64,000 bases of DNA from an uncultured Bacilli bacterium (GTDB lineage: Bacteria; Bacillota_I; Bacilli_A; RF39; UBA660). The translations under genes were made by a program, and so were the position numbers. Numbering within the stretch: position 1 is the first letter of the stretch; the number at the start of each line of letters is the position of its first letter. The DNA lies in assembly GCA_934183155.1 (NCBI GenBank), contig CAKPSB010000006.1, positions 25,097-89,096 of the forward strand, in the 5' to 3' direction. Below are positions 35,387 through 46,028 of the stretch, in pieces. Under the pieces are notes generated by a model. That model was not told the origin of the DNA. It made no database searches and saw only the letters and a list, made by a program, of their open reading frames with translations.

Positions 35387-37652
35387 CTCCTAAAATATCT
35401 TCAAATTTGGTGTTTTTTAAGTCTTTGACATTTTCTTCTTTGACAAAGCAAAGATCTTTAAATGGACAATTTTTGCAGCTAATGTCTTTTTCAATTCTTT
35501 TTGGTTCGATTTTAAAATCAGCTTTTAAAATTTTATCAATTGTATTATCCAAGTTTTTTTCAACCAATTCTTTGATATAGTTTATTTCATTTTTGCTAAT
35601 TATTTTGGTATATGATGAAAATCCATTTTTTGTTTGTTTCATTGAACTTATTATTTCACTATTTTGATATGTTTCATCTATTTGACTAATTATGTTTTCA
35701 TCACCGATAGTATATCCATTTAATTTTAAATTGTTTTTATTTTGTTTTTCATAATCAGTTTCATCTAAAGATGGTTTAGTTAATATTTTTTGAAGATAGA
35801 AACCATCAACAGAATATTTAGGACCTAGACCTTTTTGAATTAAATATATATATGTTGGTAATTGCATATTTAATCCATAATTAATATTGTCTAAGTTTGT
35901 TTTGATATCACCAGTTTTATAATCAATTATTATACAGTTTATATTATCTTTTTGAATATAGTTTAACTTATCTATTATTCCTGTAAATGTAATTTTTATT
36001 TCTTTTGATTTATTAATTTCTATTTTCTTTTCTGTTAAATGACTGCTGTAGGTGGTGTGCGTTTCTTGCCATTTTATAACATCGATGTCATTTTTTAAAA
36101 TGGAAAATAGTTTATTTATATAAAATTTTTCTTTTGCATTTAAGTTTTTATTTTTTAAATATGAATAATATTCTTTTTCTAAGTCAAATTCTTTTTCATA
36201 CATTTTGGATAAACAAAAGTGAAATAAGTTTCCAATTAATATAGGAAATGTTTCTTCATATGGCTCTAATTTTAATATGTTTTTAGCATAAAATTTAAAT
36301 GGGCATAGGGCATAATTATTTAATGATGTATATGATAGTGTTAAATGATTTTTTAAATATTTTTTTAAGCTTTCGGTGTTTATTTGAGTATAATTGTTAC
36401 TATAATTTAAAAAATCTGTGTTTTGATAATTACTATACAATATATCTAAGGCAGAATCTTTTTCGTTATAATTAAAGTAATCATCTAATTTTTGAACTAA
36501 GGAAAATTTGTTGTAATTATTAGAACAGTTATATTTTTTTTGATAGTCTTTAATTGTGCTTAAATTAAGTTCACTTATAATAGAAGAGGGATAATAGGTT
36601 TTAAATAAATCTTTTAGCTTATATGATATGGTTAAATTGGGGATTGATTTAATTAAAAATTTTATTTTATCTTTTTCTATTTTGTTTTTATCCGTGGATG
36701 TTAATGCATCTATTTTTATTTTTTCTTTATCACTTATTATATCATCATCTTTATATATGTGTGGAATAACCCCTTCATTTAGGCCTGCTATATAATAGTA
36801 ATTATTCGGATTATTTATCTCATTTATGCTTATTATTTGAACAGCGTTTGAAACAGTTTCTTTGTCTAATGATATTGTTTTTAATTCGTTTTTGATAATT
36901 TCAATTGAAACTTCATCAAGAGGATCTGGTAGGTTTAACTTATTTAATTTATCAATTATTTTGTTTTTTATATCACCATTTTCTATATTTTCTAAAGTTT
37001 CTTGAATTGAGAGATCTTTTTTTAAACTGTTTAAGAAGTGTTGAACTTCTTGCGTGCTATAACAATTATTTGCCTTTTCTAAATTAAATGGAATTTTAAA
37101 TAAATTGAATATTCTTATAAACTCGCTTTTATAGTCATCAGTAATTCCTGCTATAAAAATATTATTTATATTTACTTTTTTTAATTTTTCTATTATATCC
37201 TCAGCGATAAATGTTAATTCATCCGTTTGAGTTTGAAATTCATAAACTTTTGGAGTATAGCTACCGCAACTATTTTCTAAGAATTTTACATTTTTTATTT
37301 CTTTTAAGATATATGGTTCAATGTCTGTGTAAGCCACGGTTATATCGTGGTATTTTTCTTTAAAAAGTGGGTTTTCTTCAATCATGGCGTTTTCTTTTAA
37401 ATAAGCATAGTATGGAGTTATAATTTCTGATTTTAAATGTATATTTTGAAGATATTTTTTGGCTGTTCCATAGTTTAAATTAAATTTTTTCATTAATAAA
37501 TATAAACTTTTTGGATTTATTTTACCATAATAGTTATCTATAAATTCTTCTTTGTTTATTATTTTTAGGTTACATAATTTTTTTTCTGTGGAATATTTTT
37601 TTAATATTTCTTTTTTTAAATAATTAGGCGCTATTAATAATTGTTGTTTCAT
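35361..37652 (-). CDS. addB: AddB/RexB-like nuclease subunit (shortened, Fe-S nuclease domain retained)
   Basis: 763 aa. No N-terminal Walker A. C-terminal nuclease region with four Cys (YALCPFKF ... CKNCPFKDLC) and GIIDKLNY...DYKTG RecB-nuclease motif. 26-nt overlap with addA start. Confidence 0.6.
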   Translation of the reverse strand: MKQQLLIAPNYLKKEILKKYSTEKKLCNLKIINKEEFIDNYYGKINPKSLYLLMKKFNLNYGTAKKYLQNIHLKSEIITPYYAYLKENAMIEENPLFKEKYHDITVAYTDIEPYILKEIKNVKFLENSCGSYTPKVYEFQTQTDELTFIAEDIIEKLKKVNINNIFIAGITDDYKSEFIRIFNLFKIPFNLEKANNCYSTQEVQHFLNSLKKDLSIQETLENIENGDIKNKIIDKLNKLNLPDPLDEVSIEIIKNELKTISLDKETVSNAVQIISINEINNPNNYYYIAGLNEGVIPHIYKDDDIISDKEKIKIDALTSTDKNKIEKDKIKFLIKSIPNLTISYKLKDLFKTYYPSSIISELNLSTIKDYQKKYNCSNNYNKFSLVQKLDDYFNYNEKDSALDILYSNYQNTDFLNYSNNYTQINTESLKKYLKNHLTLSYTSLNNYALCPFKFYAKNILKLEPYEETFPILIGNLFHFCLSKMYEKEFDLEKEYYSYLKNKNLNAKEKFYINKLFSILKNDIDVIKWQETHTTYSSHLTEKKIEINKSKEIKITFTGIIDKLNYIQKDNINCIIIDYKTGDIKTNLDNINYGLNMQLPTYIYLIQKGLGPKYSVDGFYLQKILTKPSLDETDYEKQNKNNLKLNGYTIGDENIISQIDETYQNSEIISSMKQTKNGFSSYTKIISKNEINYIKELVEKNLDNTIDKILKADFKIEPKRIEKDISCKNCPFKDLCFVKEENVKDLKNTKFEDILGGEENAKLD

Positions 37653-37724
37653 TTTATCACCACTTTCTATTTAATTATAACATTAGAATAGAGAAAAAGT
37701 ATAAAGTTTTTTCTTTATACTTAA

Positions 37725-40700
37725 TTATTCATTGTCGATTGCAAGAAGCATCTTGATATCTTCCTCGGTAAGCTTTGAAAATTGATTTTCGGTATGTTTT
37801 TCATTATCAATAAGCATTTCAGCTAATTTTCTTTTTTTGTTTTGTAATTCTAGAATTTTTTCTTCAATGGTTCCTTTGGTAATTAATCTAATTACTTCAA
37901 CGGTATTTTTTTGACCTATGCGATGCGCTCTATCTGTTGCCTGATTTTCTACTTGGGGATTCCACCATAAATCTAAATGAATAACAACTGTGGCTGAGGT
38001 TAGATTTAAACCAGTTCCTCCAGCTTTTAGGGTTATGATAAATGCATCGGTAGTATCTTTGTTAAATTTTTCAACTAATTCCATGCGTTTTTTTGATGAT
38101 ATAGTTCCATCTATATAATATGTGGTTATTCCTTTTTTATTTAATTTGGGAATTATTAACTCTAAAGCTTTTCGATATGTTGTAAATATTAACATTTTAT
38201 GTCCATTTTGTTTTGCTTCAGAGGCTATTTTTAATAGTTCATTTATTTTCGAACTTTCACCTTTATAATTTTCAAATTCTAAGGCTGGAGATATACATAT
38301 TTGTCTTAATTTTGTTAGTAATTGCAATATTTTTAGTTTTGATTTAGTAAATCCTTCTTGTGCTATCATTTCATCAAGTGTTTCTTTTGTTTTTTCGACT
38401 TCGGCGGCATATATTTTCTTTTGTTTACTTTCTAAGTCAACATATATATTGTTTTCTATTTTAGCAGGTAGATCTTTAACAACATCTTTTTTCTTTCTCC
38501 TTAATATAAAATACTGTATTTGTTTATTTAATCTATCCATAACTTCTTTATTTTCAATATTTTTAATACTATATTTATTTTGAAATTTTTCTTTTCCTGC
38601 GAGATATCCTGGCATTATGAAGTCAAATATACTCCAAAGTTCCATTAAACTATTTTCTATTGGTGTTCCTGTTAAAGAAATCTTTACATTACTTTTTAAT
38701 TTTTTGATTGCTTTTGAAATTCCAGTGTTGGGATTTTTGATGTTTTGTGCTTCATCTATGGCTATTAAATCAAAACTTATTTTTTGATATTTTTCTAAAT
38801 CATTTCTAATTAATCCATAGGATGTTATTAAAATATTTGTATTATTTAAATTATTTAATTCATTTTGTCTTATTATTTTATTTTCGGCGATAACTTTATA
38901 ATTTAGTTCTGATCCAAATTTATCAAATTCTTTTTTCCAGTTATATATTAAAGAAGTTGGCGCTACTATGAGAATTTTAGCATTTTTGTTTTCTTTAATT
39001 ATCAATTTTATCAAGTATATTAATTGAATTGATTTTCCAAGGCCCATTTCATCTGCCAAAATACAGCCAAAACCTGTTTTGTATATATTATAAAGCCATT
39101 TTACACCAATTAGTTGGTAATCTCTTAATATTTTTAATTCTTCCTTTGGAAGGGGAATTTCTTTATCCTTATATGCTTTGAAATTTCTTATTAGTTCATT
39201 AAAAGCATCGTTTGTTTTAAGAATGTCTTGATAGTTTTCTTTTAGGCTATCAAGATATATAGCACGGTATCTTGGTATTTGTCCTTCGCCTTTTTGAAGT
39301 TGTTTATTTTCTATATTTATGATTTGCGTTAATGATTCTAACTTTTTGATATTTTCATCGGTGTTTAAATCAATTATGTTTCCATTTTTTAATTTATAAT
39401 AATGTTTTTTTTCTCTTAGAGAAGATAAAACGCTGGGTATTTCAGATTGTTCAATATTATCTAAATTAAAGTTATATGAAAGTATTCCATTTTGTCCTAT
39501 TTTAAATGTAACGTTGGTGGCTGTTTTTTTAATAATTTTTGTTTCTTTTATCTTTTGTGATGTAAATACTTCATAATCTTTACTTATTTCATAAATTCCC
39601 ATTTCTAAAAATTTTCCTATTTCATCTGTTTTATCTAGAATAAATGAATTGGCATTTACTTTAAACTTATATTTTGCTAATTTTGCTATTAAAATATTTT
39701 CATATTCGCTGTCCCGAACAATAGAAGGTGTTTTGTCAAAGTAATTTACTTCTTTTCCATAATTTAATTTTACTTCACATTTGATTGAATTATAATAAAA
39801 ATCAAAATATAATTTTGCACATGGTTTGGTAGGTATAGTTATTTCGGTTATGCTTTCATCTAACTTGATTTTTTCTTTTAATTTTGAGAGTAATCCACCG
39901 GTAAATTTTCCTAATTCTTTTTGTGAAAACATAAATTTATCTATTTTATTTTCTTTAAAAATGGTATAAAGTTTAAATAAATTTTTATCTAATTTATATA
40001 GTGTTTTTTTGTCATATATAAATGATGCGGTTTCGGTTAATTGTTTAAATAAAGAGATATTTTTTATTGATAAAAGATAATTTTCATTTTCTTTAGTAAG
40101 TTCTATGTCAAAGGGATTTTCTTCTTTATAGCCATTATATTGATTTCCATCCATTGTAAATTGTTTATTCTTTAATGTTTCCATAAAGGTGTTTAGGTAT
40201 TTTTCTGTTATTATACATTCATAATTTCCAATTTGGTAGAGATTAATGTTATAGTCTAAAATTTGTTTGTCAATTTTATCAAAATAATTTTGCTGTGGAT
40301 CATAGGTGAATTTTGTGGATATTTTGTATGGTTCGCTTTTACTATAAGCTCTCATAAAGTTGCGGTATTTATTATTTAGCGTATACATTTTATCTATTCC
40401 TATTTTATAATTTACTTTTATATAATTTCCTTGGTAATAGCTTTCTTTTTTTTCAAGATCAACGTCTAAAAATACTTGCTTTTTAATTATGTTTGTTTTT
40501 GAATCATAAAAACTGTCTAAAATCTTTTTGCCTAAAGCAAGTTGGTAAGTTATTGGATTTATTGTTTCACCATTAAAAAGAGCATCTTCGTATTTTAATA
40601 TACATGCGGCGATGTGTTTGCATGTATCCATTTTTTGATATTCTGGACAAGTACATGTATATTTTTCTAAATTTTTATTTTCTTTGTCGACTGTTATTTT

Positions 40701-40868
40701 TACAGTGTAATTTCTATCAATTTTTTCTGATTGTATTTGAAATTTAGCGTCTCTATATTTTTCTATATCCTCGGTTTCAATTATTTTTATTTTGTTTGCT
40801 TGATAATTTAATCCTCGCATGAAATTTGTTGTTCCACATATTTTAATTATTTTATCATATAACTTCAC
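37725..40868 (-). CDS. SNF2-family helicase with N-terminal SWIM zinc finger (YwqA/RapA-like)
   Basis: 1047 aa. SWIM CTCPEYQKMDTCKHIAAC. SNF2 motifs LADEMGLGKS, DEAQNIKN. C-terminal helicase domain (DLWWNPQVENQATDRAHRIGQ). Confidence 0.85.
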   Translation of the reverse strand: MKLYDKIIKICGTTNFMRGLNYQANKIKIIETEDIEKYRDAKFQIQSEKIDRNYTVKITVDKENKNLEKYTCTCPEYQKMDTCKHIAACILKYEDALFNGETINPITYQLALGKKILDSFYDSKTNIIKKQVFLDVDLEKKESYYQGNYIKVNYKIGIDKMYTLNNKYRNFMRAYSKSEPYKISTKFTYDPQQNYFDKIDKQILDYNINLYQIGNYECIITEKYLNTFMETLKNKQFTMDGNQYNGYKEENPFDIELTKENENYLLSIKNISLFKQLTETASFIYDKKTLYKLDKNLFKLYTIFKENKIDKFMFSQKELGKFTGGLLSKLKEKIKLDESITEITIPTKPCAKLYFDFYYNSIKCEVKLNYGKEVNYFDKTPSIVRDSEYENILIAKLAKYKFKVNANSFILDKTDEIGKFLEMGIYEISKDYEVFTSQKIKETKIIKKTATNVTFKIGQNGILSYNFNLDNIEQSEIPSVLSSLREKKHYYKLKNGNIIDLNTDENIKKLESLTQIINIENKQLQKGEGQIPRYRAIYLDSLKENYQDILKTNDAFNELIRNFKAYKDKEIPLPKEELKILRDYQLIGVKWLYNIYKTGFGCILADEMGLGKSIQLIYLIKLIIKENKNAKILIVAPTSLIYNWKKEFDKFGSELNYKVIAENKIIRQNELNNLNNTNILITSYGLIRNDLEKYQKISFDLIAIDEAQNIKNPNTGISKAIKKLKSNVKISLTGTPIENSLMELWSIFDFIMPGYLAGKEKFQNKYSIKNIENKEVMDRLNKQIQYFILRRKKKDVVKDLPAKIENNIYVDLESKQKKIYAAEVEKTKETLDEMIAQEGFTKSKLKILQLLTKLRQICISPALEFENYKGESSKINELLKIASEAKQNGHKMLIFTTYRKALELIIPKLNKKGITTYYIDGTISSKKRMELVEKFNKDTTDAFIITLKAGGTGLNLTSATVVIHLDLWWNPQVENQATDRAHRIGQKNTVEVIRLITKGTIEEKILELQNKKRKLAEMLIDNEKHTENQFSKLTEEDIKMLLAIDNE

Positions 40869-40980
40869 GCTACCACCTCAAGCATATATATTACTATTTT
40901 TTCATTTAAATAACAAGGGTAATTATTATGCCTATACTTTGTAGAAGCTTTGTCATAGTATATTGCGGGGGGGATAATAG

Positions 40981-41502
40981 ATGAACGACTATTTTCAAGG
41001 ATTTTCAAATGCTTTTATGATGAAATATCCAAGTGATTTAAATGATTCAAATTATCAAAATACACTTAATGAACATAATATTTTGAAAGAAAAACTTAAT
41101 AAACAAGCTGGTGACAATATGAATTTTAATAAATGTAATTTTAATAGTAGTACTAAACCGGCTCAACTATACGATGTTTATAATGGCTTTATAAGAGGTA
41201 ATATGTTTCCAAATTTATTTAATCAATATAAAATTTCTAGGCCTTTTGATATTAGACCTTTAAATGAACAAGCAGAACTTTTAACTAAGGTTGATGCTTA
41301 TACGTTTGCAGCTCATGATGTTAATTTATATTTGGATACACATCCTGATGACAAAGAGATGATTGAACTTTTTAATCAATATAGTGGGGATGCAAAAACT
41401 GCTAGAGATGAATTTGAAAATAAATTTGGTCCTCTTTTGGTAAATTCTAAAGAGGGGTTTCCTTGGGCTTGGAACAATAGACCTTGGCCATGGGAAAATT
41501 AG
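40981..41502 (+). CDS. cotJB: Spore coat protein, apparent CotJA-CotJB fusion
   Basis: 173 aa. C-terminal half has the CotJB signature (AHDVNLYLDTHPDDKEMIELFNQY). N-terminal half has a CotJA-like GNMFPNLFNQY motif. Followed 10 nt later by cotJC. Confidence 0.6.
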   Translation: MNDYFQGFSNAFMMKYPSDLNDSNYQNTLNEHNILKEKLNKQAGDNMNFNKCNFNSSTKPAQLYDVYNGFIRGNMFPNLFNQYKISRPFDIRPLNEQAELLTKVDAYTFAAHDVNLYLDTHPDDKEMIELFNQYSGDAKTARDEFENKFGPLLVNSKEGFPWAWNNRPWPWEN

Positions 41503-41511
41503 GAGGTTTTT

Positions 41512-42069
41512 ATGTGGAAATATGAAAAAAAATTGCAATATCCGGTAAATATTAAAAAAAGAGATTTAAATCTGGCTAAATGTATACTTGTTCAGTATGG
41601 AGGACCAGCTGGGGAATTAGCTGCTGCTTGGCAATATCTTGATCAACGTTATAATATGCCTGATGACAGAGGAAAGGCTTTACTTACAGATATTGGAACT
41701 GAAGAACTTGCTCACGTAGAGATTATATGTGCTATGATATATCAACTTATGAAAGGGGCTAGTAAGGAAGAAATTAAAAAAGCTGGATTAGATGGTATGT
41801 ATGCTCAGTTTGGAAATGATTTATTTCCTGCTGATGCCTTTGGCAATCCTTTTAACATGAGTTATATTAAGGTATCTGGCGATTATATTGCTGATTTAGA
41901 AAGTAATATGGGGGCAGAGCAACGAGCTAGAGCAACGTATGAACATTTAATGGACCTGACAGATGACGCTGACGTGCTTGGACCACTTTCATTTTTAAGA
42001 CAACGCGAAATAGTTCATTATCAAAGATTTAAAGAGCTTAGAGATTATTATTTGAGTTTTAGAAAATAA
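41512..42069 (+). CDS. cotJC: Spore coat protein CotJC (Mn-catalase-like ferritin fold)
   Basis: 185 aa, GGPAGELAAAWQYLDQRY and EELAHVEII di-metal motifs typical of CotJC. Confidence 0.85.
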   Translation: MWKYEKKLQYPVNIKKRDLNLAKCILVQYGGPAGELAAAWQYLDQRYNMPDDRGKALLTDIGTEELAHVEIICAMIYQLMKGASKEEIKKAGLDGMYAQFGNDLFPADAFGNPFNMSYIKVSGDYIADLESNMGAEQRARATYEHLMDLTDDADVLGPLSFLRQREIVHYQRFKELRDYYLSFRK

Positions 42070-42077
42070 ATTTTATT

Positions 42078-42103
42078 AAAATGACTTAATGGTCATTTTT
42101 TTG
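42078..42103 (+). terminator. Terminator after cotJC
   Basis: AATGAC-TTAATG-GTCATT hairpin followed by TTTTTTG. Confidence 0.5.
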
Positions 42104-42146
42104 TATTGTTTTTTTATTTTTTCTAATAATAATTATAGGTGATATA

Positions 42147-42812
42147 ATGAAGAAATTGGTTTTTTTGTTACTTATTTTGATAGTTGGCTGTACGAATAAA
42201 TTAGAAATTGATGATAATATTACAGAAATTAAATATAATAATTACTATATTTCTAAGTATGATTTTTATAAGGTTAAAAAAATGATTAATAAAAAATTTA
42301 AAAAAAACAGTAAAAGAAAGTTGAGTGATAAATTAACTATTAAGACTAATAAGAATATATATTATTTTTCTTTAGATGATAATTTTATTGAATATAATGG
42401 AAAAATTGCAGAAAATAATAGATTGAATAGTTTTTTAAAGGATCTTTCTTTCAAATATATTAGTAATGATTTTTATACTGTTCAATATGTTAAAAAATAT
42501 GAGACAAGTAAACAGGATAAATTTATATCAATTGATAAAAATTCCAATTATATTATTTTTGATTTTAATGATGATATTTATGATTTTAAAATTTATGAAA
42601 TTGAAAAAAATGGTGATAATTTTAGCGATGTAAATTTAATTTATGATGATAAAAGTAGTAATAGAGTAATAATTAGAAAAACTGTTAACTATAATATTCC
42701 AGATATTAGAATTTCTTTTAAAAATAAATATGGTTATACTTTTTCTATTATTCCTTGTTATAGAGAAAATATAGAATTTGATACAAAAGTATATAAAAAA
42801 ATCGCTTCTTAA
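42147..42812 (+). CDS. Putative lipoprotein
   Basis: 221 aa. Signal peptide with lipobox LIVGC. Asn/Lys-rich, no family recognised. Confidence 0.45.
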   Translation: MKKLVFLLLILIVGCTNKLEIDDNITEIKYNNYYISKYDFYKVKKMINKKFKKNSKRKLSDKLTIKTNKNIYYFSLDDNFIEYNGKIAENNRLNSFLKDLSFKYISNDFYTVQYVKKYETSKQDKFISIDKNSNYIIFDFNDDIYDFKIYEIEKNGDNFSDVNLIYDDKSSNRVIIRKTVNYNIPDIRISFKNKYGYTFSIIPCYRENIEFDTKVYKKIAS

Positions 42813-44624
42813 GCGGTTTTTTTGTATTCATGTTTTTTTCTTTCATTTGTGTTTAATATTTTTTTTCTCAAGCGATAAGATGCTGGGGTTACTTCAACTA
42901 ATTCATCTTCATTAATATAATCTAAGCATACTTCTAGGCTCATTTCTCTAGGTCTTTTTAGAACTACTGTGTGATCTTTATTGGCACTTCTTGTGTTTGT
43001 TAGCTGTTTACCTTTAGTAACATTAACGGCTAAGTCATTTTCATGGTTGTTTTCACCAACAATCATTCCTTCATAAACATCCGTTCCTGGGGCTACAAAC
43101 ATAACACCTCTATCCTCTAATGATCCTAGGGCATAGGCTGTTGCTTTTCCGTTATCAATTGATACTAAAACGCCGGCTTTTCTTTCACCTATATTACTAT
43201 TTGACATTTTTTCATATGATTTAAAGGCATGTGATAAAATTCCATATCCCTTAGTTAATGTCATAAATTCTGTTGTAAAACCAATTAATCCTCTTGATGG
43301 TATTGTATATAATAGTTTTGTTTGATTATCAAATGGTTGCATATTTTCCATATTACCACCACGGTTTCCTAAAGCTTCAATTACAGATCCTACATATTCT
43401 TCTGGAACTTCTATTTCAACATCTTCATATGGTTCACATTTTACGCCATCAATTTCTTTAATTATAATTTGAGGCTTTGATACTTGCAATTCATAACCTT
43501 CACGGCGCATTGTTTCAATTAATATTGATAAATGCAATTCACCACGACCAGAAACCATCCATGATTCTGAATCTATTTGTTTTACTTTTAAAGAAACATC
43601 TTTATCGGTTTCTTTCATTAATCTTTCTTCTATTTGTCTTGCTGTTAAAAATTTTCCTTCTCTACCATTGAATGGACTTGTATTGACTCCAAAGGCCATT
43701 TGTAATGTTGGTTCATCTATACGTAATTTTGGCAAGGCTTCTTCGTGACCTACTTCACAAACAGTTTCTCCTACTGAAATGTCTGGCAAACCAGCTATAG
43801 CAACTATATCTCCAGCGTGAGCTTCATTAACTTCTATTTTGTTTAATCCTAAATATCCAAATATTTTTTGTATTCTAAATTGCTTAATGCTGCCATCTAA
43901 TCTCATGCATGAAACGTTGGAATTTACTTTTATATGACCTCTCTTAACTACGCCTATTCCAATACGGCCAACAAAATCATTATAATCTAAAAGGGCTGGT
44001 TGGAATTGAAATGGCCCATTTTCGTCAACGTTTGGTTCTGGAATGTTTTCTATAACCGCATCTAAAATTGGATCCATTGTTTTTTCTTGCGTTTGAATAT
44101 CTGGACTTGTACTTGAAGTTCCATTTATAGCTGAAGCATATAAAACAGGGAAATCTAACTGTTCTATTGATGCGCCTAATTCAATAAATAAATCCATTAC
44201 TTCATCAACTACTGCTTGTGGTCTTGCTGCTGGTTTATCAATTTTATTAACAACAACTATAGGAGTTACACCAGCGGCTAGAGCTTTTTTTAAAACAAAT
44301 CTTGTTTGAGGCATTGTTCCTTCATAAGCATCTACTACTAATAAAACTCCGTCAACCATGTTCATGATTCTTTCTACTTCTCCACCAAAATCGGCGTGGC
44401 CTGGTGTATCTAATATGTTTATTCTATAGCCTTTATATTTGATGGCGGTTGTTTTAGCTAAAATTGTGATTCCTCTTTCTCTTTCTATATCATTTGAATC
44501 CATTGCTCTTACTTGTACTTCTTCGTTTTCTCTAAATGTTCCGGATTGTTTTAATAATTGATCTACCAATGTTGTTTTGCCGTGGTCAACATGGGCGATT
44601 ATTGCAATATTTCTTTCTTTCATA
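42809..44624 (-). CDS. typA: Translational GTPase TypA/BipA
   Basis: Start re-set to ATG 44624 (MKERNIAIIAHVDHGKTTL, AAGAGGTAG RBS). G-domain motifs, EF-G-like domains. ORF-track start is GTG and swallows the RBS. Confidence 0.95.
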
Positions 44625-44652
44625 ATTACTACCTCTTTTCGCACTAGGCTTA

Positions 44653-44681
44653 ATTATAGCACTTATAGTTTTGGTTGTAAA
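44653..44681 (-). promoter_or_regulatory. Near-consensus sigma-A promoter for typA (TTTACA-17nt-TGcTATAAT)
   Basis: Minus strand: -35 TTTACA (44676-44681), 17-nt spacer, TATAAT (44653-44658) with TG at -15/-14. Confidence 0.5.
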
Positions 44682-44693
44682 CCTTTTTTAGGT

Positions 44694-44724
44694 AAGAAAA
44701 AAGTAAGATAATTTATTATCTTAC
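44694..44724 (-). terminator. Terminator after NUDIX gene
   Basis: GTAAGATAA-TAAA-TTATCTTAC hairpin followed by TTTTTT on minus strand. Confidence 0.5.
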
Positions 44725-44769
44725 GGTGTTCATTATTAAGTCACAATGCAATTATTTACAAAAATTGTT

Positions 44770-45216
44770 TTAGTTACCTTTAATATTAAAATAGTTTTTT
44801 AATATATAATCAATTGTGATTTTGACATCAGGAAACACAGACATTTCTTCTAATTCAGCTCTGGAAAACCATCCTATTGCGGTACTTTCAGTACTCATTT
44901 TTAGTTCAGCATTAGGATTATTTGGCACACCAACATATATTATATCAATATGTCTATCACCATTTTCTTTCCGATTACACTGAATACCTAATGGTCTTAT
45001 CAAGTCATCTTCTCTTGGAAAATGCTCCCCTAATAAAGTTATTTTTAAGCCTGTTTCCTCATAAACTTCTCTAATAGCTGTTTCTTCAGGGATTTCATTT
45101 TCTTCTATGTGCCCACCAGGTTGGATCCATTTATTAAAAATTGCATGTTTAACTAATAAAACTTTTTTGTTATCTGGATTAATTACAAATGCAGAGGCAC
45201 AAAAGTGTCTTTTCAT
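44770..45216 (-). CDS. NUDIX hydrolase
   Basis: 148 aa, Nudix box GGHIEENEIPEETAIREVYEETG. Confidence 0.75.
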   Translation of the reverse strand: MKRHFCASAFVINPDNKKVLLVKHAIFNKWIQPGGHIEENEIPEETAIREVYEETGLKITLLGEHFPREDDLIRPLGIQCNRKENGDRHIDIIYVGVPNNPNAELKMSTESTAIGWFSRAELEEMSVFPDVKITIDYILKNYFNIKGN

Positions 45217-45258
45217 ATTATCACCAATTGTTAGTATAGCAAAATAAATATTATAATA

Positions 45259-45978
45259 CTAGTTTAAAACGTCATAACTTTTCTTGTTGACATTTTTTTC
45301 GTAAATTTCTAGGTTTTCTTTCAAATCTATGGTTGCTAAAATTATGTTTTCTATTTTTTTACCTTTTATTTTTAATTCATGCTTTAACCATTGCTCGTCT
45401 TTATGCATAACTTTTAAAGATTCTACTATTATTTTACCGTCAACTATTATATTTGCACATAATCCTGATTTTGTTTTTTGAATTTTTAAATCTTTATTAT
45501 TTGGTGTTTGATAATCAGGTTTTAGTAGAAAGCTTATTTTTCCGTTTGCTTCCATTAAAGCGTAGTCTATTTCTGATAAATCAAAATAACCATTAATTCG
45601 GCATTCTTCTAAAAGGTCATTTATATCAAATTTTGTTTTTTTTAAATTTTTATATAAAACTTTGCCATCTTCTATTAGTATTGTTGGGTCCCCTATAAAA
45701 AATTTCCTTGCTTTTAAGCTTTTTAATGTTAGTATGGAAACTAGGTAGGCTACTAAACCAAATACTATTACAGCTATTATTCCATGAAGATATTCTGATT
45801 TTAGGTTTATAGACATTTCGGCGGCAAAATTGCCAATTGATATTCCTATTACATAATCAAATAAACTAAACTGTGATACTTGTTTTTTACCAATCATTTT
45901 TGTAGTAAAAAATAATGTTATTAATGACAATAAACATCTTAGAATAACGTCTAAAATTTCAATTATTTCTTTTTCCAT
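45259..45978 (-). CDS. DUF421 (YetF/YdfS-like) membrane protein
   Basis: 239 aa. N-terminal TMs with FSLFDYVIGISIGNFAAE motif and DUF421-like C-terminal domain. Confidence 0.55.
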   Translation of the reverse strand: MEKEIIEILDVILRCLLSLITLFFTTKMIGKKQVSQFSLFDYVIGISIGNFAAEMSINLKSEYLHGIIAVIVFGLVAYLVSILTLKSLKARKFFIGDPTILIEDGKVLYKNLKKTKFDINDLLEECRINGYFDLSEIDYALMEANGKISFLLKPDYQTPNNKDLKIQKTKSGLCANIIVDGKIIVESLKVMHKDEQWLKHELKIKGKKIENIILATIDLKENLEIYEKNVNKKSYDVLN

Positions 45979-46028
45979 AATATCACCATTTTTATTATGA
46001 TATTAAAAAAAATAATTATGTATAATAA

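Noticed and set aside
37725-40868. SNF2 helicase as part of a DISARM/BREX-like defence system
   Set aside because: No partner genes (DUF1998/DrmB, PLD, methyltransferase, PglZ) nearby. SWIM+SNF2 architecture and addAB adjacency fit the conserved YwqA-type housekeeping helicase.
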